Origin: Monocercomonoides exilis PA203
Taxonomy: Eukaryota > Protista > Preaxostyla
Direction of reading: 5' to 3'
DNA length: 64,000 nucleotides
Assembly: GCA_001643675.2 (NCBI GenBank)
Contig: LSRY02000021.1
Coordinates: 868,001 to 932,000 of the forward strand
Below, piece by piece: positions 1-12,401 of the stretch. Both the position numbers and the translations under genes were made by a program. Each line of letters starts with the position of its first letter. The first letter of the stretch is position 1. The notes under the pieces are model-generated. The model was not told the origin of the DNA. It worked only from the letters and a program-made list of their open reading frames with translations, and did no database searches.

Positions 1-1498
1 TTCCTCCCTCACTCACTTTCAGAACTGTTCCTTCTTTCTCTCCCTCAATTGATACAACTGAAGTTTTTGAAGATGATGATAACAAAAATGAAATAGATTT
101 TCGAAGAGACCCTGATCCAACAATCTTGATGTGCGATTCGCCATCTCCAAGTGGTTCATATCTCAGCGATATCAAGTGATCAATTGATGAGCATGGTGCT
201 TCTGAATATCCACATCCACTAAAGTCTCCTCCATTTTCCTTCGAAACGAACACATTCCTACTCCAATTATCCCACAGATAATCAACCAGTGGAATCACAT
301 ATCCATTTTCTCCTGTTGTCTTCCTTTCCCATCCACACAGCTCATCCAATAACTTCTTATCACTTGCACTCAACTCCTCTTTCAGTTGTTCGTTCGAAAT
401 AACCTCGTCCAGCTCATTTCCTGATTTGAACACTTTCTTCCCTTTCCAAACATTGCACTGGCTGAATGTCACTCCTTCCATCTTAAATGATCACATTGCA
501 TCTGCCAAACTCACAAACATCCCTCCTCCCATTCCTCTTCCTTTCTGCAAGTTGTCCTCTGTTGGCACCTGGAATCCCGTGAATGCTACGCTTTTAATCT
601 CCAAACTTCCACACTCCCCGACCGATATCATCATCCCTCCTCCTTTCATCCCACTTCCTCCTGTACATATTGATGAAAAACTGCAGTTATTCACTACTGC
701 GCTTCCTTCTGCTTGTATCTCTGCACCGATGCATCCTCCTCCTTCTCCGCTCCCACCTTCCACCGTCACTCCACTCACCCTGCCGTTCTTTATGTCCAAC
801 TTCTCTTCATTGGTTATTGTTATTGGTGATTTACCGTTCATCGTCAGCGTCACTCCACCTTCCATCACAAATTTATCAACAATCAGTTCTCCTTCATTAA
901 TCTTCAATCCTGCTTCAGATTCCTTGATTGATAAAATGCATCTTCCACTTTCATTCAATGATTCCACTAGAACATTCACAAAATGGCAAGTAATTCCAGA
1001 ATCATGAATGACAAAAATATTGTTTACAACATTGCTTAATTCCATCGAGAAATCATTCACTTCCACACTGCCTCCAATCACATCCACAAATACACAATCA
1101 AATCCATTGTTCAATTCTGCTTCTGAATGAAATGAACATCCAGTTATCACTAACTCGCCAGCTCTGTTTGAAATAACTGTTTTGGCTGAATTGTCAAATC
1201 CAGATGTCAGTTGCAGTTGGATATTCCTCAATTCGAGGTGAATTTCATTTTCCATGAAATATTCCAATTGACTTCCAATTGCCTTTTCAAAATTCAAAGT
1301 TGTTTTCAAATTCTCTTCTCCAATCTTCACACTTTTTTTAATCTGATAATTGGACAAGTTGAATGAATCTTGAATAACTGTGGATCCTTCAATCTCAATT
1401 GTTTTCTTTCCAGTCCCCTTTTCCATGTTTTCCATCCGCTTCAGCATTGTTTGGCATAGCTCATCCTCACATCTACAGCTCTCAACATCAGATCCACT
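1..1498 (-). pseudogene. 5'-truncated pseudogene of the giant Cys-rich repeat / TM / TKL-like family (paralog of 20029-27879); runs off the window start
   Basis: ORF 491-1447 ends at an in-frame TGA (491-493). The same frame resumes as SFKMEGVTFSQCNVWKGK...LDELCGWERKTTGENGYVIPLV...DFSGCGYSEAPCSSIDH, closely matching the 2633-aa ORF. Coding-like sequence stops abruptly at ~1498 in AT-rich DNA. Confidence 0.85.
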
Positions 1499-2349
1499 AG
1501 AAAAGCTAAATCAATCTCATTCTTTATATTTTTGAAAACATACAAACAACAAACTTTAATAAAGTCCATTGTTTTAATAACTCAATATAATATTGCATTG
1601 AAAAATTGAAGTTTATCTGGGTAAAAAGTTTCATTTTATAATGCAATGATCTTATCTAATTCAAAAAAAACATAGAAATATAAAAGAACAAGAAAAAATA
1701 TGAAATATTAAAGCAAAATAAATAATATTGTTATTTAAAGAGTCATTTATAACCTTTTGCGTTCCTTTGCGAACGTAAATGAACTAATATTAGGTAGTTT
1801 AAAATATTCAAGCAAAAAGGTACACTTTAATGTAACTGTGAAAAAAAGCTGTTTTCAATATAAAACAAGTGCACATATAATAATATACTTAATTTTACAT
1901 ACAAAAATGAAAGGATAGCAAACTATTGAATTCTTATTAACCGAAAACAGTATATTCAATTTTTCCAAACATTAAAAATTTTATTGTGGGTTGGATCAAA
2001 GATATTTAATAAAATTTTTGTTTGTGATTTATATTTTTTTGATGAAAGCTTACAAATAAAATAAGTCTATATAATAATGCAAACCGTTCTGATGGACTAA
2101 AATCCATATTTACTGATAATTTTGTTTATTTTTTAATAATTTCATGTTTTTATGGGTCATTTTTCAATAATCATTATTTTCAAAAAGAAAAATTTTTTTC
2201 GAAAAATCGGTCCATAAAAAGTTTTTAAATAATTATTATCTATTTATTCATCATAATTTGAGGGTTCAAAAATGCAATTTGCAAAAGGAGCGCATTTAGA
2301 CTTATGCCGACTGTCAGGATGACAAGGAAAAGAGGAAAGAAGTTGCAAA

Positions 2350-2699
2350 GGCATAAGTGTAACAAAATACCTCCTTCAATTTTAGGATTTTTTTCTTTTC
2401 AATAAAAAAGAAATAAATAGCATAAAAAATAAACACTTTTGGGTGGAGCAGTTTTTTCAAACTTTTACAAAAATTTTCCCAGAAAATCTTTTATGATCAA
2501 TCCCATTATTAAATCTTCTATTATGTCTTTTTTTGTTTTCAACGCGAATGCTTCTAAATTAAAGATCAAACAGCATATAGCTCAGAACAATTTATAAAAA
2601 GGAGCAAATTAGGTGCGAATTGAAACTTCCTTTATTATTTTTTAAACATTATTCTCAAAATTTTTGTTAAATTAATCCTCACGTCTGTATTTTTATTAT
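2350..2699 (+). repeat. Left TIR (350 bp)
   Basis: Reverse complement of 5575-5924; one mismatch noticed near the terminus. Confidence 0.93.
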
Positions 2700-2959
2700 G
2701 TTTGCAAATTTGTAACTTAAGATAATAAAACTGCGTTATGAAGAACATATTCGAAAAGGATGGTAAGGACATATCTTTTTATGAAAGATAATTTGCATTA
2801 TAAGGTGTGTTCTTGACAACGTTGAAAAATACAAATAATTCTGCTTGGTCATTCTCAAAAATTAAAAATAGAATTTGTCAAATAAACGATTGATAGGAAA
2901 TAATATGAATTTCAGGCAAAAAAACATTCCAAAAATACTCAATTTCGGTTTATCAAATA

Positions 2960-3344
2960 TAAGCTCATCTTAAATTCTGGTGGTAATTCTGCTGGTTCTC
3001 TCACATTTCATTGGCCTCCGAAAGAAAAACCAAATCAGTTTTTGGTAAATGACTGTCAGTTTTTAAATAACAAATTGACTGCTTCTGCAAATTATGGAGG
3101 TGCTGCGCTGTGCTGCACAAGAACATATTCCTGGATGAGCGGGTTCAAATTCATCACATTCTGTTTCTTCGATGGCTACACAGCCAAAAACGAAAAAGGA
3201 AATGATGTATTCTTCAGTGGCAATGCCATAACTAAATCTCCATTCCAGCAATGTGGATCAACAACTCCAACACAAAGAGTGTGGAATGCAGGAACAGCTG
3301 ATAATACTGTGCATAATGGCAGATTGCAGCTAATCTTTTCTTAA
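2960..3344 (+). pseudogene. Captured fragment of a Cys-rich beta-helix-like repeat gene
   Basis: NDCQFLNN...GGAALC...FCFFDGYTAKNEKGNDVFF...QCGSTTPTQRV parallels YCLFHNNTAENDDYGHDIHI...DCYSSSASPRI in the 2633-aa ORF. No credible start or rest of gene. Confidence 0.6.
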
Positions 3345-5574
3345 CTAATTCTTCCAACAGAATATTTTTATCGAAATATTCTCTTTATCTTCCTTGTTTT
3401 CTTCCTCAAAGCCATCATTCTTGAAAACTCAGCAGTAACTGTTTCATTTACAGACATCGCTTTTTGACTTCATATATTTTTTTTCTCCAACGATTGCGGT
3501 GGAAGAAAGAACCTCTTCATCAAGGATGCCAAAAGATAAGATCCTCATCTTGTTAATTACAATCATGATGCTGAATCATTCAGCAAGTTGCATCTATGCA
3601 CGTTTCAGAAAATTATTATTTGTTCCATCATCCGACAGATGGATTCAGCGTTTTCGACTTTTGTGGAGCGCTGAAGTAATTTTGTGTTCATTTGCATTCA
3701 AAAGGAGTGTTATACATATTCAACAGATGCCTCATCACAGAGCAGGACTTCACATAGCAGAAAGTTGGCTGAAACAACACATGTGGAAACAAGCATCTCA
3801 TAAAATAGGTGATGCGAAAGAGCTCAAATGGAAGAAACATTCACAAATCGTGATGGTTTTACCATTTGCGAAACATTCTTGGACAATTTCTCTGAACCTG
3901 TATCTGCTACTCAGCAATAAAGTGAATACCACGCATTCAGCTGACAGCACACTCAAAATAACCACTTCTTCTCTTTTGCTGATGAATGTTCCTCGTTTCA
4001 GTTTCTCCTCTTTGCACCTGCCACAACAACAAATATGCTCAACAACTTTTCGCTCCCAAGAAACAGTTCAGGATTTCTAAGATATCTTCTTTACGGTCTT
4101 CTCTATCTTCATTGATCGCATCTCCAATGATATTATCGTCGACACCAACAATCATCTTCTCCCGCACCTCGTTCATTGTCATTCAATCCTTTTCCTTCAG
4201 CTTCAGTAATCAGTGCGATCTTTCTCTCTTCGGTGCACACCACCACACTGCAACAGATACTCAGATTGGGGCAATATGTGTCTCATTGACACCAACACAA
4301 AAATTGGACTTCAGCATATTTGTGGTGGAGTTCATTCATCAGCATAGCACTAATGACACAAAAAAGCAAATCGCTCAGAACCCGGTGCTCATTCCGCTGA
4401 AGTCTTCAACGTTCAAAAGCTCCACCAAGAATATTAAACACTCCACCCTGGGAAAGAAAGTGCTGGTGGGGGACAACAACATTACGGCTGATGAGAAAAC
4501 ATCCCTTCGTCTTCCAATACTCTGCTTATTTCGAAACACTGATTTCAAAACAACTCTTTCCATGAATTAACACTTGAAAAAACAATCCAAACAGATTAAT
4601 GAAGATATTCACTTCTTCGCATCACCGTCTTCTTCTGCATATAAATTCCCATTCATTTCTTCTTGGAATTCATCTTCGTACTCAATCTCCTTTTCCTCTC
4701 ATCTTATAAGGAAATATAATCCGATTCGTCTCTTTTTCAATTTCCGTCGCAACTTTCTTTTTTATTTTATTTGCAAAAGTTTCTATTTTTTCAACAAATT
4801 AGTCCCATATGACGCAATCAATCAATAAAAAATGAATGACTTTATCTGCGTGTGTTAAATGTTAAGAAAAAGAAAAAGAAAGGTAAAGTTTGAATAAGAA
4901 AAAGTCGAATTCTTTTTTTTTTTTCAGAAGCAGAAGAATTTTCTTTCAGAACGGAAAATAATAGGGAAAAATTTATTTTAAATTCCCATTTGACAAGAAA
5001 TTCAATACCAGCAAAGCAGAAATTTATTGCATTGCCTGTGTCCGACAGAGACACCACTTTCAGAAAACAACATCAACAGCAACAGTTCAACATTTCATTG
5101 AAAATTCGCACTTATATTGAACAAATATTTATTTTATTTTAAAACTTTCGTTTTTCATCATTTCAATCCGATTTAATTTTATTTTCATGCATCACGAAAT
5201 TAATACTCATTTCAAACATTCGTGAAAAATATTATAACGAACTTTTCATTAGAATGAAGTCAAGAATTAGAAAGAAATATCTTTCCGATTGTGATTTTTT
5301 ATTTTCAAACTTTATAGAACATTTATAAATAATGAAGCATTCAAAATGGATTAAATAATGCAAAATTTCATACTGAAATTGCTCAAATCGATTCCGATTC
5401 AAATATCATAAAAAAGATTCTTCGTTTTTTGATTGTAACAGTTTTATATTCAAAAATGAAATGTTTTAATAATTAACCGCTTTTGGCATGAATATAATAT
5501 TAAATCAATATTAATAAAGATATTTCTTCATTTAATCTTAATATAAAATTCAATAAATATGAAATAAAAACAAA

Positions 5575-5924
5575 ATAATAAAAATACAGACGTGAGGATT
5601 AATTTAACAAAAATTTTGAGAATAATGTTTAAAAAATAATAAAGGAAGTTTCAATTCGCACCTAATTTGCTCCTTTTTATAAATTGTTCTGAGCTATATG
5701 CTGTTTGATCTTTAATTTAGAAGCATTCGCGTTGAAAACAAAAAAAGACATAATAGAAGATTTAATAATGGGATTGATCATAAAAGATTTTCTGGGAAAA
5801 TTTTTGTAAAAGTTTGAAAAAACTGCTCCACCCAAAAGTGTTTATTTTTTATGCTATTTATTTCTTTTTTATTGAAAAGAAAAAAATCCTAAAATTGAAG
5901 GAGGTATTTTGTTGCACTTATGCC
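5575..5924 (-). repeat. Right TIR (350 bp)
   Basis: Reverse complement of 2350-2699. Confidence 0.93.
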
Positions 5925-6113
5925 GTTGCAAATTCAAAGAGAGGACGATGAAACCCAAGACGCATTGAACAGTGAACAGCACAGATCAGAAGAAGAAGAG
6001 GACATTTTCATTATACGCACAAGGGCACAAGCCAAAAAAGAGTCCAAGACATATGATTTCCGCTCCTTCGGTCGAAGGCCAGACTGCAAAGCAACAGCTT
6101 CCAACTAAGTTTT

Positions 6114-6415
6114 TCTCTCAACAAGAAGAGAAGAAATTGAATGGAAGTTTTCTTGACAATTAAAATGTTATGCATTTTAATTAGAAAAGAAAACAAACAT
6201 TCAATTTCTTCTGTTTGCCCACCCCTTTTTGTTACCCAACCCCTTTTTTTTTTTTTTTTCTCTTCTCGCGCCAATATGGTTATTTTTATGGCGCAAGATA
6301 TTTTGAGATCAGCAAATGTCGTCATGCCCTTTTATCACTTCAAGTGACATGACCCATAAAGTGGCATCTCTCTCAACAAGAAGAGAAGAAATTGAATGTT
6401 TGTTTTCTTTTCTAA
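6114..6415. repeat. Cluster of short direct and inverted repeats
   Basis: 30-bp direct repeat TCTCTCAACAAGAAGAGAAGAAATTGAATG at 6114-6143 and 6369-6398; 32-bp inverted repeat 6181-6212 / 6384-6415. Confidence 0.8.
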
Positions 6416-7253
6416 AAAATTTCGTCCCACATCAGTTTTGATTGTCTCGATTCATTATTCAGAAATTCGGGGATAATAATCATTTCAGAAGAATCGAAAT
6501 AGTGTTCATTTTTGTAAAAAACAAATAATTCCAGAAATATTACATGTCTCAAAATCATTTATTATCAATCTTGGAACATTTGAAGCAAAAAAATACCATT
6601 TAAAATCAATTACATGAAAAAAAAAATCTATTCCTCGAAAAAATATAGACAGAGTCTTTGAAAAATTAACAAACACATCAACTTCATTTTTTTCAACTGA
6701 CGTGCTTCGCTCATTCTGAATTCGACATTTTTTTAAAATATTCTTTCTAATTGTTCACACTTGCAACGAGGAAGAACAAACGCAACTTCTGCTCTTAAAG
6801 AACAACAATCTTCATTTCTCGACTTTCTTCAAATGTATTTTGAAAATAAATATCTTCTTGCAATGTCAAGACATTCACATCAAAATTCAATAGTTCGTCT
6901 TTTTCATTCATCTGTTGATAAATTGAATAGGCAACTTTTATTATTGTCTTGATCATTCAAACCAGAAAGAAAAATTGGAAAAAAAATGAAAGTGTTGTTG
7001 TTGATCGAACAGTGATAACAAATAATCACAAAGGAGGAAAATTAAAAAATGACAAAAAATTTTTTTGAAGGTTCCTTTTGTTTTGTTTTCAGATAAAATA
7101 AAAAATTTCTATTTTAATCAAAATTTCATTCCAACTTACTAAAAAATAACTATTGTGGAAATAAATTATAATGATGTTATCAATTCAATTCTGGTGAATT
7201 TTGGTGTGTTTGAATAAAATTTTGAAGAAAATATTCTTTTTCACCTGATAATA

Positions 7254-7950
7254 CAGTCAAAACCGGATATAATCACATCGGGTTTTGCACGACTTTTTAT
7301 GACCATATCCGATTGTGATAATATACAATGCTGCTTAACACAGAAAAAAATAAAAATAAAAATATTTATTAATTAATTTTGGGTCTAATTTTTTATTTTT
7401 TGAAAATTCTTCATTGAAACGCATTTTTCACTTACGAAACTTATTTTTTTTCATAAAAACACATTATTTTGACTTATTTGAGCACATTTTTGAAAAAGCG
7501 AATAATTGAAATTTTTGATCGAAAAAACGATTTTTCATGAAATATTCACCCATAATAATAAAAAATGTGATCACATGGGTGTATTTTTGTGAAAAATTCA
7601 TCTCGTTTTATTTTCTAAAAAAAATAAAATTTTCTTATTTTTTTCAATTTTTTATTCTCACGGATTAAACTTTGCTGAAATGGATATCAAAACCTGAACA
7701 ATGTTTTTATTTTCATTTTATTGAAGTTTCTAATGTGGGAACAAAAAATTGTTGAAAATATGAAATTTTTATTGTATTTGAAAAATTTACAAAAGTAACT
7801 TTTCAAAAAAATTCAGACATATATTTACAGCCCTGTGATTATATGCGATGGAGAATGAATGAAAAACAAACAAAAAATGTCGGTGCATCGAAAAATGTGA
7901 CTATAAACGAATGTGATTGTATTCGATGTGATTATATCAGGTTTAGACTG
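7254..7950. mobile_element. MITE of Tc1/mariner-pogo type, 697 bp
   Basis: 27-bp TIRs CAGTC(A/T)AAACC(G/T)GATATAATCACATCG with 2 mismatches; TA on both sides (7252-53, 7951-52); subterminal TGTGATTAT-like repeats; no ORF. Confidence 0.9.
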
Positions 7951-8957
7951 TATAACATAAAGAATTTTTCTAAAAAAATTTTTAACATATTTTTTTTTTC
8001 AAAATTCTGAGCAATAAAAAGTTCCATCACAGTATATCACAGAAGTTTGTATTCATTGAGGGAATAACAAAGAAATGTGTTGAAATGCTGCTATCAATGG
8101 TTGTTGAGATAATGGCATAATCCACAGTTATAAAATGTGTTCACCATTTTAAACACCAACAATATTTTTATCAAAAAATTTAGACTATTTTCTTGTGAGG
8201 TGAATAGTGCATTTGCCACAAATTAATTTGCTTTTGAAAAAACAATTGGGGCAAAAATACGGACTTTCAAGCTTTTTATGCACAAAGCACAAAAAAATAG
8301 TTTCACTTACAACATTTTTTAACTAAAAAATATTGCAAGATAAATTCGATTTTCATATTTGTAAACAAACATCATTGAAATCAAAACAGAAAGTTTTCCA
8401 ACATTTCACGAATGTCAAAAAATAAACCAATTTCTGTTGTGTTTTTTAATCTCAAAAAATCAATGAAAAGTGCATAATATTTCAATGAAAATGACTGAAA
8501 GAAAATATTCTTTCCCAATTGAATAGTAAGAATTCATTTGTGATTTGTGCTATTTTTTAAAGATTCCCGTTATGAAAAAAAAAATAAGATCAAAACTGGA
8601 ACGAAATTTTGATTTCAAAAAGGATCATCCATATCTCTTTTCAATTAATTTCAAAAACAATTCGTATTAAGAATCTCAAAAATTAATTATCAGATCAACA
8701 GATTGCTCCAAACTCGAAGTCAATCAGTTATCTGAATGAAAAAGTCTGAAAAATGAAAGAAAAAAGAAAAATATCACACAACGAAAACAAAATTTTAACA
8801 ATTTTACAAAACATAAAACTATTAATAAAGACATATTCACTTAATCATTTCTTTCTCAACCTCTCCAAAGTGGCTATGAATACAAATCAGTCGTACGGGA
8901 AAATAAATAAAGAAATAAAATTAATAATAAATTTAATAAAATTTATCAAAAAATTCA

Positions 8958-10417
8958 TCAAGCAGGGTTTTCTGGATCATCGACAAACTGATACTCAGAT
9001 GGATCGATCTCTCTTCCTCCATTGAAATACACGTTCTCATCTATCTCTTCAATGTCTTCATCATCATCTTCATAATACCCATCCAACAATGGACTCACAA
9101 TCGTCTCTTTATACTCACTTTCGCTCGACTCCTCTTTCTCTTCCTCTCCTTCCTCCCTCTTCTCCTTTGCTGTGCATCTTTCAGTGCTTCCTGCTTTTAA
9201 TGTTGAAGATGAAGATGAAGATGAAGAATTTAAAGATGAAGAATTTGAAGAAGAAGAAGAAAAAGAAGAAGAAGAAGATGATGTGTGTTCATGCTGTTTT
9301 GCGAGCTTGCTATCTGCAGCACCGCCAGTTGTTCCTTTCTCCGTCAAATTCCTCACTTTCTTCAGCCGAATGTCTTCGGCTATCTTTTCATCAAAGTCAA
9401 ACCCCAAAAACTTCGCATCCAGCGCCCGCTTCCTCATCTTCTTCAGACTTTCCATCCAGTTCGCTTTCTTTTTGATCGCATCTTCTTCTCCCCCTTCTCT
9501 TTCATTATCTTCCTTGTCCACCACTTTCCACTCATTTCCTTCTATTTTCTTTCTTTCCTCGTTCATTTTGCATTCTTCCTTCGTTTCTTCTGACTCTTCC
9601 TCTGATTCTGTGTCGACTGCTGGCTCCTCTATGAATTCTCTGTCAATATGCGTCAAGTCAAAAATGCCCCTCTTCAATTCCGGTTTGCAAGGAGGAGGAA
9701 ACTTCTTGTGCTCAATCAACGACCAGTCCACACCAGTGAACAGCGGATGTGAAAATATCTGCTCTTCTCCTGGAACATCAGATCCAAACAAAGAAGAAGA
9801 AGAGGATGAGGAAGAAGAAGAAGAGGAAGAGGAAGTACATGAAAGATACGATATGCCACCGCCAGGCAAAGAAGAAGAAGAAGAAGAAGAAGAAGCTGTT
9901 TGCTGTGCAAGCTGCCCTGAAGACGCCTGAATATTCTCCGCAACCTGTCCAGCTTCTGAAGATAGCTGCTGCGTTTGTTGTTGTTGTTGTGAAGAAAGAG
10001 AGGAAGAAGGTGTGAGTGATGAAGATTGGGATTCTTCTGCTTCCTGGATCGCCTTCGCAACGGATGACTTGATCGTTCCGAGCCGCTGCGAAGGGTCAGA
10101 AACAAGAAGACGGCGAATGAAGTCAGCAGCATCTGGCTGCATGTCTGGCGGGAGATAGTAATTGCACTGGGAAATGTTAAAGATTTTATAAATTAAGTAA
10201 TTAATAAATATGTTAAAAGACAGAGTAGCATAAAAAGAAATGAAATAGAAGGAGTGAAAGAAAATAAAGATCTGAATAAAAGAATAAAAAAAAAAATAGA
10301 AAAAGAATAAAAGAAATTGTCCAATTGACAATGCCAACATTAGAAAATGCATTTACATGTAATATTTATTTATAATATGTTAAATGCTAATACAAAATTA
10401 CTCTTTCTCTCTTTCTT

Positions 10418-10481
<64 letters not shown>

Positions 10482-12324
10482 ATTTATTTATTAATTTATT
10501 TTCCTTCCCTCACACATTCAATATATTTTGTTTTGTTTCAAAAGGTGTCTTGCCCACAAAAGGAGGTGTTCCCAGCGCAATTGTGTAGAAGAGAGTGCCC
10601 ACATTCCACCAATCAACAGCTCGGCCGTGCGATTCACCACGCAGAACTTCAGGTGCTGTGCAGATTGAAGAAGGTTATTGTTATTTGTAATACAAAGAGA
10701 AAAGAAATATGAGAAAAGGAGAAAAATCATCAAAAAGATTATTGAATTGACAGTTGAAATCATTCAATAAATACCAACTCATCATTTAAAACATGTCAAT
10801 TCTAACGTATTCTTTCAAAAAAACAAATATTTCTTCCTCAATCATTTCAATCAAGCCATCATTTATCCCTCATACCCATATATTCCGGAGTCCCGCAGTA
10901 GCTCTTCGTCGTAGCACCGTCATGCACGTTCTCGTCTCTCCGCTTCAATTTCTTGACTTTCCCGTTTTTCTTCTTCAAATTCTTCCTCTTTCCCCAGCCC
11001 GCCCCGTCCACACCCAGTTTAGCCATCCCAAAGTCGATCAAAGCAGCATGGCCAGACGGATCAATCAGCACATTTTCGGGTTTCAGGTCGCGGTAGACGA
11101 TCCTGTTCGCGTGAAGATAGTGCATCACAGAGCAGACTTCGGCGATGTAAAAGGTTGCAAGCCCAAGGGGAAGTGCTCCACTGAAAGTTTAGTTCAAAAT
11201 AAGATGATGATGATGTTTGAAATAATAATTAAGAATGAAGTGAAATGAAGCAATAAATGTCAAATCAATAATAAAATAAAAGAAAAAAATATTAATTTCA
11301 AAAAAAAAATGTTTATTTCAAATAAATAAATAAATAAAATATATCTGTCACACTGTTGAATGTGATGCAGCAGTTCTCCTCCATTCGCGAAGTCCATAAC
11401 CATATATAACTTACTCTTTGACTGAAATGCATAATGAAGATGCGTCATGTACGGATGGTTTGAATACATCGCCATGACCGTCCGTTCTGTTAAAATGTTT
11501 TCTTCGCTGTGCGTTTGGTGCAATATAGCTTTCTTCATGATTTTCATTGCGTACACTTTCCCATCATCTCGATTCTGCACCTGAAGAACCTTCCCAAATC
11601 CTCCTCTTCCTATAACTGCCAGCAATCGAAAATCTTTGATTGATTTTCTGTTCGAAGTTGGAGTTAAAGACCATCCAAGAGGAACAGTTGGTTGAGTTGG
11701 AGGAGGCTTGGGAGGTTCAGCTGTTTGCTTTTCACTATTGCTATCCAAAACTGTGGCAGTTGTAGAATGAACAGAGGGACGAAGAACTTCCGGTGGAAGC
11801 CTTGGACCAATAAATTGATCATCTGGATCAAGAATTTCAGCATCATAAATTGCAGGCTCGATGGGCTTAAAAAAAAATCACATAACAATTCAAATGTGAC
11901 AAAACATGTGATATTTTCAAACCAAATACGGTTCTGATTGTTCATTAAATAATCTATTTTGAAGCCTGTATGTTTCTTGAGCTTGAAAAATTTTCTGCAT
12001 TGTTTTATTTGATTCAGCAAAAAATGTCATTTCTGGAAAAGTAATGATTGAAAACTCATTGCTTTCATTGCCAACAGGATAAACACCAATTAGCATTTCT
12101 CGAGGTATAAACCATATGACATCATTTCCTTCCATGCTTCGAACTCCGTCTTCACTGAAACAAAGCCTTCTTTGAGACGATGTGCCTTTTGAACGTCGCT
12201 CAATAACATCGAAACTTGTAGAATCAACATTTCCTAAAGGTTTTCTTATTGTAAACCAAGAAGGAATCATCTCTAACAAATATAACCCCGATCTTTCAAA
12301 TTTTAAGGCATAACTGAGTCCCAC
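8958..12324 (-). CDS. AGC-family Ser/Thr kinase (S6K/PKB-like) with probable N-terminal PH-like domain; multi-exon, 5' end uncertain (may extend to ~12376)
   Basis: Spliced motifs: IGRGGFGKV, YAMKIMKK, HYAFQSKSKLYMVMDFANGGEL (11350-11640); YRDLKPENVL, DFGMAK, SYCGTPEYM (10875-11180); APEVL...AVDWWNVG (10516-10660); C-tail HPLFTGVDW...PPPCKP and FLGFDF. GT-AG introns join the exons in frame. Confidence 0.92.
10401..10476. repeat. (CT)n microsatellite in a kinase intron
   Basis: Direct inspection. Confidence 0.95.
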
Positions 12325-12401
12325 AACAAAACTTCAATATTTGACCCTCAATAAATTAGTTGGAAACATGAACATTCGTAATACAACGTACAGAGGCTTT
12401 A

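Larger units (their letters stand above)
2350..5924. mobile_element. Non-autonomous long-TIR DNA transposon (Mutator/Pack-MULE-like), 3575 bp
   Basis: 350-bp near-perfect terminal inverted repeats (2350-2699 / 5575-5924, termini GGCATAAG...CTTATGCC). Exact 8-bp target-site duplication GTTGCAAA (2342-2349, 5925-5932). No transposase ORF seen inside. Confidence 0.9.

Noticed and set aside
491-493. In-frame TGA as selenocysteine or an alternative genetic code
   Set aside because: Other genes here terminate at TGA/TAA normally and the locus is 5'-truncated; a nonsense mutation is simpler.
3499-4570. 193/194-aa ORFs as the transposase of the 2350-5924 element
   Set aside because: No MULE/hAT DDE motifs recognisable.
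9089-10015. Long + strand ORFs here, and similar ones at 46864-48698 and antisense to 20029-27879
   Set aside because: Antisense shadows of low-complexity coding exons.
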